From Lachnospiraceae bacterium (GTDB taxonomy: Bacteria; Bacillota; Clostridia; Lachnospirales; Lachnospiraceae), in NCBI GenBank assembly GCA_016288705.1, contig JAEELB010000031.1:1-42458 (forward strand): DNA of 42,458 nucleotides, read 5' to 3'. Below are positions 8,395 to 16,622 of this stretch, piece after piece (within the stretch, counting starts at the first letter, position 1; the number at the start of each line of letters is the position of its first letter). Under the pieces are notes generated by a model, which was given only the letters and a program-made list of their open reading frames with translations, did no database searches and had not been told where the DNA came from. The position numbers and the translations under genes are program-made.

Positions 8395-9467
8395 GACTTC
8401 GCCTCGAACAGATCTATCACCAGCTTGACCTCTCCGACGCCTATCCCCAGCTGTCTGGCGATGGCCGTATTTGACTTGCCGCTCCTGTGAAGCTCCAGGA
8501 TCTTTTCATTATCGACTCTGGAATCCTCCCCTCCGTCCAGCAGGAGTCCCTGGGTCCCGACCCGGGCTTCACTTTCCTCTACAGCGGCGGTTCCCGCCTC
8601 CGTCCCGGATACAGCCGCCGTATTTCCGGCTGACTCCACGGCATTCTTCTTCGAATTCTTCAATTCCTCCATCCACTCGGAAAACGGAGGGAGTTTCAGC
8701 CTTTCTTCTCCCGTGAGCACCCTTTCTTTGGGTTCCTCAGCGGGCTGTTCCATGACCGCTTCCGCGGTCACGGCATCAGACACAGACTTCTCTTCCGGCT
8801 GAACCTTAGGCTGTGCCTCCTCTGAGGTCTGCACCGGAGGACGGGACTCGGCCTCGATGTCGGACCGGATCTCCTCCAGGGTCTGTAACCCTGAACGGGG
8901 CTGCGCCTGGGTCTGCGGGACAGGCGCAGGGCTCACCGGTGATACGGATGCGGTACGAAGATCGGCCACAACCTGCGCTTCCTGTCCTGCTGCCTGCCCG
9001 GCCGCGGGACTCTGCGCAGCAATGGATGCGGCTGTCTTTGCGGTCTTTGCCGCGCTCTCCGCCTTTTCCGCGGCATCCCTTGCAAGGGTCTGGGCCCTGG
9101 AAGCCTCCGATACCGTCTCCTTCAGATTCTCCTGCTTGTCCTGCAGCATGTCGTACATGAACAGGACTTCTTTATGGTTCTTGTCTATCTCGGACAGGAT
9201 CGTCTCGCTGTACTCCCCGAGGGCGGTCATTTTTTCATTCGTAAGCTTTTCCATAGAGCGTTCGCTCTTCTCTATGGCGTAAGAAACGGATTCCTCCACA
9301 ATGCCGTCCAGTTTGGGTCTGGAATTCTCTATCTCTCTTGAGACCGCGTTCCTGACCTCTTCATCAGACAGATATCCTTTTTTGTCCTCCTCCCTGTCCG
9401 GTACCGCAAACCCGGCGATCACCACCGCCGCTCCGAACAGGACCAGAATAATGCTTACTACCGTCAT
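8391..9467 (-). CDS. Membrane-anchored protein with coiled-coil/acidic middle and a C-terminal helix-turn-helix. SwrB-like by position (directly downstream of sigD/FapA) and architecture; possibly DUF6115-type.
   Basis: N-terminal TM 'VVSIILVLFGAAVVIAGFAV', a long Glu/Ala/Gln-rich region, and C-terminal 'ILELHRSGKSNTAIARQLGIGVGEVKLVIDLFE' HTH-like segment. ATGA overlap with the upstream 100 aa gene. The SwrB identification rests on synteny and architecture only. Confidence 0.65.
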   Translation of the reverse strand: MTVVSIILVLFGAAVVIAGFAVPDREEDKKGYLSDEEVRNAVSREIENSRPKLDGIVEESVSYAIEKSERSMEKLTNEKMTALGEYSETILSEIDKNHKEVLFMYDMLQDKQENLKETVSEASRAQTLARDAAEKAESAAKTAKTAASIAAQSPAAGQAAGQEAQVVADLRTASVSPVSPAPVPQTQAQPRSGLQTLEEIRSDIEAESRPPVQTSEEAQPKVQPEEKSVSDAVTAEAVMEQPAEEPKERVLTGEERLKLPPFSEWMEELKNSKKNAVESAGNTAAVSGTEAGTAAVEESEARVGTQGLLLDGGEDSRVDNEKILELHRSGKSNTAIARQLGIGVGEVKLVIDLFEAKS

Positions 9468-9766
9468 CCTTTATATGCCCCTTTTAAGATCACTCTTCCG
9501 TCTTCGTCTTTTTTACGGGGACGCCTTCTTCCGCCGTCTCCCGAATACTCGTTCTTTCCCTCTTCCTTAGCATCGAACCCTTCCTGCCGGTTGTCGGCGC
9601 TGTCCTTTGTATTTACACGGGTCTGCTGCCTTTCCTCCTCACGTTCCCTCTGAATGGTGATGGCGTTCTGCGTAACTGTTGCGTGCTGATCCTCAGAGGT
9701 CTTGATCTGTGTGAAGTCGGTGGTCCTGAGGTACTGTCCCTGGAGTTCAACGGGTCCTATAGCCAT
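9464..9766 (-). CDS. Hypothetical 100 aa highly charged (Arg/Glu/Asp/Lys-rich), probably disordered protein.
   Basis: Strong ribosome-binding site AGGAGGG 7 nt upstream. ATGA-coupled to the downstream gene. Not FlgM-like at the C-terminus. Function unknown. Confidence 0.55.
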   Translation of the reverse strand: MAIGPVELQGQYLRTTDFTQIKTSEDQHATVTQNAITIQREREEERQQTRVNTKDSADNRQEGFDAKEEGKNEYSGDGGRRRPRKKDEDGRVILKGAYKG

Positions 9767-9788
9767 TGATCATCCCTCCTTCGGAGCC

Positions 9789-11384
9789 TCAATAAGGCTT
9801 CGTCCTGACATCCCCTCTGTCCCTGACAAATCTGCAGAATGACTGCGGAGATTTGACAGTCACGGATGAATCCCCTATGCATATCCTTGTCCCGGGATAC
9901 ACGTCGTCATGCACCTGGACATAGGCTGTATCAACGTTCTTTACTTTATCCTTGAGTTCAAGATATTCCTCATTCAGGTTTCCGGCTTCCTTTTCCGAAT
10001 CCACGAGCGTCTTCACCAGCGCCTGTATCTGCTTCACCTTTTCGGGCGGGAGCTTCTGTCCCTCCTGAAGCTTCTGCTTCCATGCGCTTATGACCGGAGC
10101 CACCGTCTTCTGGGTCTTCTGCAGTTCCAGAAGCCGCTCCTCTATCTCCCTGAGGCGGCCCTTCACTCCGGGATCGTTCCCCACCTCGACTATGGTGTCT
10201 CCACCCATCTGTGATCCGAGGGTTTTTGCGTGGATCATATGCTTTGCGGACACTCTTCCTCCGGAAATATAACCGCGTTTTCCGTCTACCTGTATGTCGG
10301 TTCCCGCGTCCACATGGCAGTGCATGATGGACTCAGAAGCCACATATCCGCCCGCCTTAACATCCACATTCTCAAGGAATTTCGAGACGATATTTCCGCC
10401 GGCGTTGATGGTTCCCTTGCCCATCCCGTTCATGCCCCGGGCTATGATCACGTTTCCGCCGGCTATTATCTCGGCTGCCTCCACAACGCCCTTGACATTT
10501 ATGTTTCCGCTGGCCTTCACCGTGTAATTGGAGGCTACGTTTCCCTCGATCTCTATATTTCCGTCATAATCCACATCTCCGGTGGCCGGGTTCACATTTG
10601 CCAGGAGAAGCACGTCAGATACGGAAACCCTTCCGCTGATGAACTCGATATGTCCGTCCTTTGCGCATACCAGCGACTGTCCGTCATCCTTAACGGTCAC
10701 GTTCCTTCCATAATCAAGGTGCGCGCTCTTCACATCCCTCGGACTTACCGCCTTCCCGAAAACGGTCTCACCCTCTTCTCCCGGATCTGCGGGGTGAAGC
10801 ACCGCCAGTATATCCCCCTCCTTGCATTCACGGAGGATATCCAGATGGAAAAAGTCCACGCTCCCGTCCTCATTGAGTTTCGGCTTCGCCCTCATGTCGG
10901 TGTCAAAGAGATACTCGACAAAACCATCCTGTCCTTCTCTGGTGGGTTTTCCGGTGGCAACGACTATGTCCGTGCAGTACTGCCTCCCCCCGGTGAACAG
11001 ATCGTGAATGACATTCCTGTCAATGCCGAAAATGATACCCTTATTTTTCAGGTCGGAAAGGACCTCGTCCTCCGTCATGGATTCGGCTCCGGGACTGCCG
11101 GCGTAGAATCTGGCCGTGGCGGTCATCTCATCTTCGGATACGGAGTAGGAACAGCTCTCCCTCTCCGGCATCACGTTCTTTCTGCACAGGGCAAGCTTCT
11201 GATCCCCCGTGGCTGAAGCCCCCACCGCTTTTACCAGATCGTTGGATTCAAATGTGATATTCCGGACCTTCAGATAACTCATCACCTCTGAGGGATCCAG
11301 TGGAGCGCCGCCTTCAGTGGGCGCATGAAGTTCTATGTAAGTAACTCCGTTTCCGGGTAAAAGTCTGAAATATCCATTCATCAT
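9789..11384 (-). CDS. fapA: FapA-family (DUF342) flagellar assembly protein A-like protein.
   Basis: N-terminal FapA_N-like region, a central beta-helix region with reiterated 'G.I.V.G.V....I.AGGN' turns ('INVKGVVEAAEIIAGGNVIIARG','INAGGNIVSKF','VKAGGYVAS'), and a C-terminal coiled coil. Start moved to the ATG after GAGGTG; the track start is a GTG. Confidence 0.8.
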   Translation of the reverse strand: MMNGYFRLLPGNGVTYIELHAPTEGGAPLDPSEVMSYLKVRNITFESNDLVKAVGASATGDQKLALCRKNVMPERESCSYSVSEDEMTATARFYAGSPGAESMTEDEVLSDLKNKGIIFGIDRNVIHDLFTGGRQYCTDIVVATGKPTREGQDGFVEYLFDTDMRAKPKLNEDGSVDFFHLDILRECKEGDILAVLHPADPGEEGETVFGKAVSPRDVKSAHLDYGRNVTVKDDGQSLVCAKDGHIEFISGRVSVSDVLLLANVNPATGDVDYDGNIEIEGNVASNYTVKASGNINVKGVVEAAEIIAGGNVIIARGMNGMGKGTINAGGNIVSKFLENVDVKAGGYVASESIMHCHVDAGTDIQVDGKRGYISGGRVSAKHMIHAKTLGSQMGGDTIVEVGNDPGVKGRLREIEERLLELQKTQKTVAPVISAWKQKLQEGQKLPPEKVKQIQALVKTLVDSEKEAGNLNEEYLELKDKVKNVDTAYVQVHDDVYPGTRICIGDSSVTVKSPQSFCRFVRDRGDVRTKPY

Positions 11385-11476
11385 CTGCACCTCATCTCTT
11401 CCGGCAGGGCGGATCTCAAACTCAGACCCGTCCCCGCATCAAAGCAGTACATGAACACAACCTGCCCGACCACTCT

Positions 11477-12256
11477 TCATATCTTGTCTGTGACCACTCC
11501 TATATAATCCCCGAGAACCTTTCTCATCTTCTGTATGGCTTTGGAATGCAGCTGGGAGACCCGGGATTCCGAAACGCTCATTGACTGGCTGATCTCCTTG
11601 AGGGTCATGTCCTCGTAGTAATAGAGGAGCACCACATTACGTTCCTTTTCGGTAAGGTTATTCAGGGATTCCTTGAGCATCCTCTTCAATTCCTCTTTTT
11701 CAACGGCCTCTTCGGGTCCGTCGTTAAATGAGGATCTGGAACGTATCTGCTGAGAACCGGAAATATCGGCGCCCTGCTCCATGAACTCATCCAGGGACAC
11801 AACACCGGTCACCTTCATCTGTGACTGCCAGCTCAGGAATTCTTCATCCGAAATGCCGAGTTTTTCACGGATCTCGTCGTCGGTCGCCTGACGCCCGGTC
11901 TCAAGCTCGACCTGCCGCATGGCGTCGTCTATCTTTTTCTGTCTCTGTCTTACAGTCCTGGGGATCCAGTCCATCTTGCGGATCTGATCCAGGATCGAGC
12001 CTCTGATGCGCAGGGATGCATAGGTCTCGAATTTGACATCCTTAAGGTCGTCAAACCTGTCCACCGCATCTATCAGGCCGAAAACGCCGTAACTCACCAG
12101 ATCGTCATATTCCACGTTCCCGCCCAGGTACATGGAAAGACGACCGGCAATGATCTTCACAAGAGGAGCGTACTCAACAATGAGCTTCTCCCTTATTTCC
12201 GGAGAGCCCGTCCTTCTGTAATCGGCCCAAAGCCTTTTTTTACCCGCATCATCCAT
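11477..12256 (-). CDS. sigD: Flagellar/chemotaxis sigma factor sigma-28 (FliA/SigD).
   Basis: Sigma-70 regions 2-4 ('DLVSYGVFGLIDAVDRFD', 'YYYEDMTLKEISQSMSVSESRVSQLHSKAIQKMR'). GAGGTAG ribosome-binding site. Confidence 0.95.
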   Translation of the reverse strand: MDDAGKKRLWADYRRTGSPEIREKLIVEYAPLVKIIAGRLSMYLGGNVEYDDLVSYGVFGLIDAVDRFDDLKDVKFETYASLRIRGSILDQIRKMDWIPRTVRQRQKKIDDAMRQVELETGRQATDDEIREKLGISDEEFLSWQSQMKVTGVVSLDEFMEQGADISGSQQIRSRSSFNDGPEEAVEKEELKRMLKESLNNLTEKERNVVLLYYYEDMTLKEISQSMSVSESRVSQLHSKAIQKMRKVLGDYIGVVTDKI

Positions 12257-12353
12257 GATCTACCTCAAAAGCTCCGTCAAACTCCAATTCAGTTGGAATG
12301 ATCCCGGATATCGGGATACGGCGAAAGAGAATACGGACAACCGGCCCCGGGTC

Positions 12354-12764
12354 TCACTCCTCCTCATCCGTTTCCTCCTCTGCATCGATGTAATCGGAAT
12401 CGGATCCTTCCGGAGACCCGTTCTCTTCCCCGGATTTTTCTATGACTTTCTCGTCCTCCCGTTCCTTTATCTCCTCGGCAAAACGATCAAACATATACCT
12501 GATGAGCCCGCCGGCGATGTAGAACAGTACGAGGACGATCACCAGCACAACGATGATGTCCTTCAGTTCAAACCTGCGGATGACCATGGTGATACTGGCG
12601 ATAGCGCCGCCCGTGAGCATGACTCCCGGCGGGATGAGCTTTCTCTTCTGCTTCGCGGCCTCATAGGCCTTCTGTCTGCGCTCGGCTTCCTTCTTGTCCA
12701 GGATCTCCTGCTGCGCGTCCAGTATTACCTGCTGCTCATCCGAGGTAATGGAAGATTTTTCCAT
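12354..12764 (-). CDS. Hypothetical small membrane protein with a charged N-terminus, a central TM pair/long hydrophobic segment and an acidic C-terminal tail, inserted between cheD and sigD.
   Basis: 136 aa. Hydrophobic 'LTGGAIASITMVIRRFELKDIIVVLVIVLVLFYIAGGLI'. C-terminal 'EENGSPEGSDSDYIDAEEETDEEE'. Lies 12 nt after the cheD stop with a weak ribosome-binding site. Confidence 0.55.
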   Translation of the reverse strand: MEKSSITSDEQQVILDAQQEILDKKEAERRQKAYEAAKQKRKLIPPGVMLTGGAIASITMVIRRFELKDIIVVLVIVLVLFYIAGGLIRYMFDRFAEEIKEREDEKVIEKSGEENGSPEGSDSDYIDAEEETDEEE

Positions 12765-12776
12765 GATCCCGGGCTC

Positions 12777-13262
12777 TTAAATGGTCTTTTCGGGTTTGCC
12801 CACGGCCTTGATCACGAAATCTCCCGTCTCCGGATAAAAGATCACCGTACGGCCGTAACTTTCCCCTGTATCCTCAGAGAGGAGACGGATGCCCATCTCC
12901 TTGAGCTTTGACTTCACCGCTTCCACATTTCTCGCGCCCACCTGAACCACCGACAGGTTGGAATTCATGGCAAACATCTTGGCGCCGCCGGCAATCTTCG
13001 CCACAAGTCTGGATCTCGTGGCACCTGCGGACACCACCTGTTTTACAAGTTCTTCCACCCCCGTATCGGCAAACTTGTACACGTTTGAATTGTTCCTGAT
13101 GGCAGTGGAATCCGGAAGCATCACGTGGGCAAGCCCTCCAACCTTTGACACAGGATCCCTTACGGCTACACCCACGCAGGATCCAAGTCCCAGCGTTGTA
13201 ATGGCGTCAGGGCTTTTAACAACATTCAGATCGGCCATTCCGACCTTTATCATCTCACTCAT
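12777..13262 (-). CDS. cheD: Chemoreceptor glutamine deamidase CheD.
   Basis: 'TLGLGSCVGVAVRD', catalytic Cys/His context, 161 aa. Confidence 0.9.
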   Translation of the reverse strand: MSEMIKVGMADLNVVKSPDAITTLGLGSCVGVAVRDPVSKVGGLAHVMLPDSTAIRNNSNVYKFADTGVEELVKQVVSAGATRSRLVAKIAGGAKMFAMNSNLSVVQVGARNVEAVKSKLKEMGIRLLSEDTGESYGRTVIFYPETGDFVIKAVGKPEKTI

Positions 13263-13290
13263 GTGTTCAATCCTATCAAATGACTAATTC

Positions 13291-13929
13291 TCAGGCTACA
13301 ATATGCACATCTATACCGAGTGCTTTGAGTATCTTCGTATAAGACTCAACGTCCGGAATAAGTATGAAAAAGCCGTCGATCAGCGTTTCATCAAAAAACT
13401 GCGTCTGTATGAGAAGGATCTTGTCCCCTATGGTGCCAAACTCTATGGCAGGCACAGAAAGCAGGGCTCCGGCCATATCGATGGCCAGATCCGGCGGTGT
13501 GGGATAAATCTTCAGATTTGTAAGTGTGGAGAGCGAATTCAGGTAAGCGCCCGTAATGATATTGCCGACCTCCTTGAGAGCGGAAAGCTCCATTTCATTG
13601 AAATCAGGGGCATTCTCATCCCCCATTCCCATCATAAGCTTGTTTACCAGATGCTTTGCCCCGCCTTTTTTAAGGAGGAACATTATGCTTCCCTCCACAT
13701 CTCCTTCAACGCCCAGATAGATCCCGGCCATGATCTGTTCCGCGCCGCCCATCATGTCCCCAAGCTCCTTGAATTCCAAAAGCTTAACCTGCGGCACCGA
13801 CATATCAACCTTTGTTCCTATCATCTGGGCGAGAGCTGTAGTGGCGTTCCCTGCTCCGATATTGCCGATCTCCTTCAGAACATCGTAATATTCCGAAGTC
13901 ATCTGCTCCATGTTAAGATTTTCAGACAT
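13291..13929 (-). CDS. cheC: CheY-P phosphatase CheC.
   Basis: Duplicated 'EIGNIGAGNA'/'EVGNIITGA' CheC motifs. Confidence 0.85.
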   Translation of the reverse strand: MSENLNMEQMTSEYYDVLKEIGNIGAGNATTALAQMIGTKVDMSVPQVKLLEFKELGDMMGGAEQIMAGIYLGVEGDVEGSIMFLLKKGGAKHLVNKLMMGMGDENAPDFNEMELSALKEVGNIITGAYLNSLSTLTNLKIYPTPPDLAIDMAGALLSVPAIEFGTIGDKILLIQTQFFDETLIDGFFILIPDVESYTKILKALGIDVHIVA

Positions 13930-13942
13930 AGTATTGCCCCCC

Positions 13943-14419
13943 TCAGGCTGCGGAATCTCCTATCACGGAATTCAGATTCAGCAGGGAAATGAGTCCTCCC
14001 TCGTATTTCCCGACCCCATTGATGAATCTGACCTCCTCACTGTTGGTCTCATGGTTCACGTCATCCACCTGCTCGGAGGAGAGAGTGACCACTTCCTTGA
14101 CCTCATCCACGATCACTCCGGTCATGGACTGATGCTCGGTACGAAGGATTATTATCCTCGTGCTGTTTGTAAATTCGGTATCCTCGAGTCCCATCTTGAG
14201 CCTCAGGTTCATGACAGGCACCACTTCGCCTCTCAGATTGATGACTCCTGTAATGTATGAGGGAACCTTGGGAACCCTGGTGATCCCCGGGACTCTGAGA
14301 ATGTTGTCGATATACTTGATATCGATCCCGTACTGCTCGTCTCCGAGTCGGATCACGATGTACTGGATGGAATCCTCAGTTACAGCTACAGACACTTCAT
14401 TCATAACATTTTCTTCCAT
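13943..14419 (-). CDS. cheW: Chemotaxis coupling protein CheW.
   Basis: CheW domain ('QYIVIRLGDEQYGIDIKYI...VINLRGEVVPV'). Start placed at the ATG of 'MEENVMNEV', 7 nt after GAGGAGGGG. The track start 14446 gives a 9-codon extension overlapping the cheA stop. Confidence 0.9.
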   Translation of the reverse strand: MEENVMNEVSVAVTEDSIQYIVIRLGDEQYGIDIKYIDNILRVPGITRVPKVPSYITGVINLRGEVVPVMNLRLKMGLEDTEFTNSTRIIILRTEHQSMTGVIVDEVKEVVTLSSEQVDDVNHETNSEEVRFINGVGKYEGGLISLLNLNSVIGDSAA

Positions 14420-14432
14420 AACAGTCCCCTCC

Positions 14433-16586
14433 TCAGAATAACGCATTTGTATCGAGTATCAGCGCGACTTCTCCGTCTCCCAGGATCGTTGCGCCACTGA
14501 TCATCTTTGCCTTGTTGGTCAGCTTGCCGAGTGACTTGATGACTATCTCCTGCTGCCCAATGAGCTCATCCACTACAAGACCGGCCTGGAGATCGCCCTT
14601 CTTCACAATGATGACCACCATGTTCTTGCCCTCCTTCGGAGGAGTGGGGGTCTCAAGGATATCCCTGAGTCTCAGGATGGGGATAACGGTGCCGCGGAGA
14701 TTGATCACTTCCTTATTTTGGACCAGCTTGATGTCGCTGTCCTGAACGTCTTCGATAGTCACTATGGAGCCCAGCGAGATCGCGTATTTCTCTTCTCCCA
14801 CGATGACCATGAGAGCCTGTATGATGGCAAGGGTCAGAGGAAGGCGGATGATCCAGGTGCTGCCCTCTCCGTATCTGGACTTGACCTCAACCTCGCCCGA
14901 CAGCGCTTCGATCTTGGACTTGACAACGTCCAGACCCACGCCTCTTCCGGAGACGTCGCTCACCACCTTCGCGGTGGAGAAGCCCGGCTCGAAGAGAAGG
15001 GAGATGGCTTCCTTTTCCGAGAGGAGTGAAGCCTGTTCCGGCGTTACCACGCCTCTCTCTATGGCCTTATTCTTGACCGCTTCCACGTCGATGCCGTTTC
15101 CGTCGTCCCTGACTTCAATGACGACGTTATTTCCGTCCTGATAGGCATCCAGGAAGATGGAGCCGGTCTCGGGCTTCCCTCTTTCCTTTCTGACCTCGGC
15201 AGATTCGATCCCGTGATCAGCCGAATTTCTCAGAAGGTGCATAAGAGGATCGCCGATCTCATCCACCACGGTCCTGTCAAGTTCGGTCTCTTCACCGGTC
15301 ATGTACAGTTCCATGGGCTTGCCCAGCTTCTTCGACAGATCGCGCACCATACGGGGGAATCTGGTCACAACGCTCTCGATGGGGACCATTCGGACCTTCA
15401 TGACGGATTCGTGAAGGCTTGTGGTAACCGACTCAAGATATTCCACCTGCTCGTTCACCGCCGAATTCTGTTCTCCGTCCACATTTGAAGCCGACACCAG
15501 GGAGTTCTTCGCTATGATAAGCTCCGAAACCAGGTTCATCAGCACGTCAAGCTTTTCGATATCCACACGCACGGTGTGATTCACTACCGACTTTGCCGGC
15601 TTCTTTCCATCGCCCTGCTTTGCGGGGGCCTGAGCGCCCTTTCCTGCGGGAGCAGCGCCCTGAGGCTTGGTCTCGGGGGCCGGCTGGATCTGGGTCTTCT
15701 CCTGGGAAGCTGCCGCGGCCTCTTCCGCCTCGGCTTCCGAAGCCTCTTCCTTCTGGTCCACGAAATCGAGAGGCACGGGTCCTCCCTCCACCTTTTCTAT
15801 CTCGGATATATCCAGGATATCCTTCTTGAGATCATCAAGTTCGGCGTCGCCTACCACGATAAGGCTGAACTCGAAATCAAACTTCTCGTCCTCTATGTCC
15901 TGTGAGGAAGGGGATGAAACAGCCACCTCGCCGCCGGCGTCCTCGATGCACTTGAACGCCATGAACGCGCGGGCCGCCTTGAGCACGCAGGTATTCTGGA
16001 TGAAGATGGTGAGGCCGAAAACCTTCCGGCCTTCCTTTATCGCGGAAGCGATCACCTCTTTCTGGGAATCGTCAAGCTTTATGCTCTTCCAGCCTGCGCC
16101 GTCGGAGGAAGCGTCCGCCTTGTCTTCCTTGGCGTCGCCGGAGGCATCGGAACCCGCGTCCTTGTCGGAAGCGCCGGCATCCCCGGCCGGGGCTTCGTCC
16201 CCCTTGCGCTCGAGTATGTCATTTAACTTCTTCATGATGGCCTGATTCTCTTCAGTGCCCTCGTCGCCGGTCTCCCTGATCACCTTCAGATAGGTTTCGA
16301 GGGCGTCAAGGGTCTGGAAAAGAGTGTCTATCATGTCGGAATTGACCTTAATGGTCCCGTCCCTGACTTCAGAGAACACGTTTTCCATGTCATGGGTCAG
16401 ATTCTGCATGCGCTTGAAACCCATGGTCCCCGCCATTCCCTTAAGGGTATGAGCGGCTCTGAAGATCTCCTGAATGCACTCCTCATTTTCGGGCTCCTGC
16501 TCAAGCGTCAGGATCTGAGTATTCAGGTTCTGCAGATTCTCATCTGTCTCATCGAGAAAGATTTCCAAATACTGACTTACATCCAT
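14433..16586 (-). CDS. cheA: Chemotaxis histidine kinase CheA (P1 Hpt, P2, dimerisation, HATPase, CheW-like P5).
   Basis: 'AHTLKGMAGTMGF' Hpt motif, 'DDGNGID', and C-terminal CheW-like domain. 717 aa. Confidence 0.95.
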   Translation of the reverse strand: MDVSQYLEIFLDETDENLQNLNTQILTLEQEPENEECIQEIFRAAHTLKGMAGTMGFKRMQNLTHDMENVFSEVRDGTIKVNSDMIDTLFQTLDALETYLKVIRETGDEGTEENQAIMKKLNDILERKGDEAPAGDAGASDKDAGSDASGDAKEDKADASSDGAGWKSIKLDDSQKEVIASAIKEGRKVFGLTIFIQNTCVLKAARAFMAFKCIEDAGGEVAVSSPSSQDIEDEKFDFEFSLIVVGDAELDDLKKDILDISEIEKVEGGPVPLDFVDQKEEASEAEAEEAAAASQEKTQIQPAPETKPQGAAPAGKGAQAPAKQGDGKKPAKSVVNHTVRVDIEKLDVLMNLVSELIIAKNSLVSASNVDGEQNSAVNEQVEYLESVTTSLHESVMKVRMVPIESVVTRFPRMVRDLSKKLGKPMELYMTGEETELDRTVVDEIGDPLMHLLRNSADHGIESAEVRKERGKPETGSIFLDAYQDGNNVVIEVRDDGNGIDVEAVKNKAIERGVVTPEQASLLSEKEAISLLFEPGFSTAKVVSDVSGRGVGLDVVKSKIEALSGEVEVKSRYGEGSTWIIRLPLTLAIIQALMVIVGEEKYAISLGSIVTIEDVQDSDIKLVQNKEVINLRGTVIPILRLRDILETPTPPKEGKNMVVIIVKKGDLQAGLVVDELIGQQEIVIKSLGKLTNKAKMISGATILGDGEVALILDTNALF

Positions 16587-16622
16587 CTTACCTTCCTCCG
16601 TGTCAACACGCGAGAACTACTC

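Noticed and set aside
10230-11216. 328 aa plus-strand ORF antisense to fapA, and similar long plus-strand ORFs at 21675-22652, 23770-24828, 24759-25799, 26609-27739, 28094-28969, 37629-38657 and 37987-38976.
   Set aside because: Each lies opposite a strongly supported minus-strand flagellar gene (fapA, flhA, fliR, fliP/fliO, fliY, fliM, fliI). They show biased low-complexity (R/H/P-rich) translations typical of antisense frames in GC-rich DNA, and no ribosome-binding sites.
12257-12353. CCGATAT heptamer upstream of sigD as a SigD-dependent autoregulatory promoter.
   Set aside because: The -10-like element is present, but there is no TAAA -35 element at the 15-16 nt spacing. Left as a remark inside the cheD-sigD insertion finding rather than called as a promoter.
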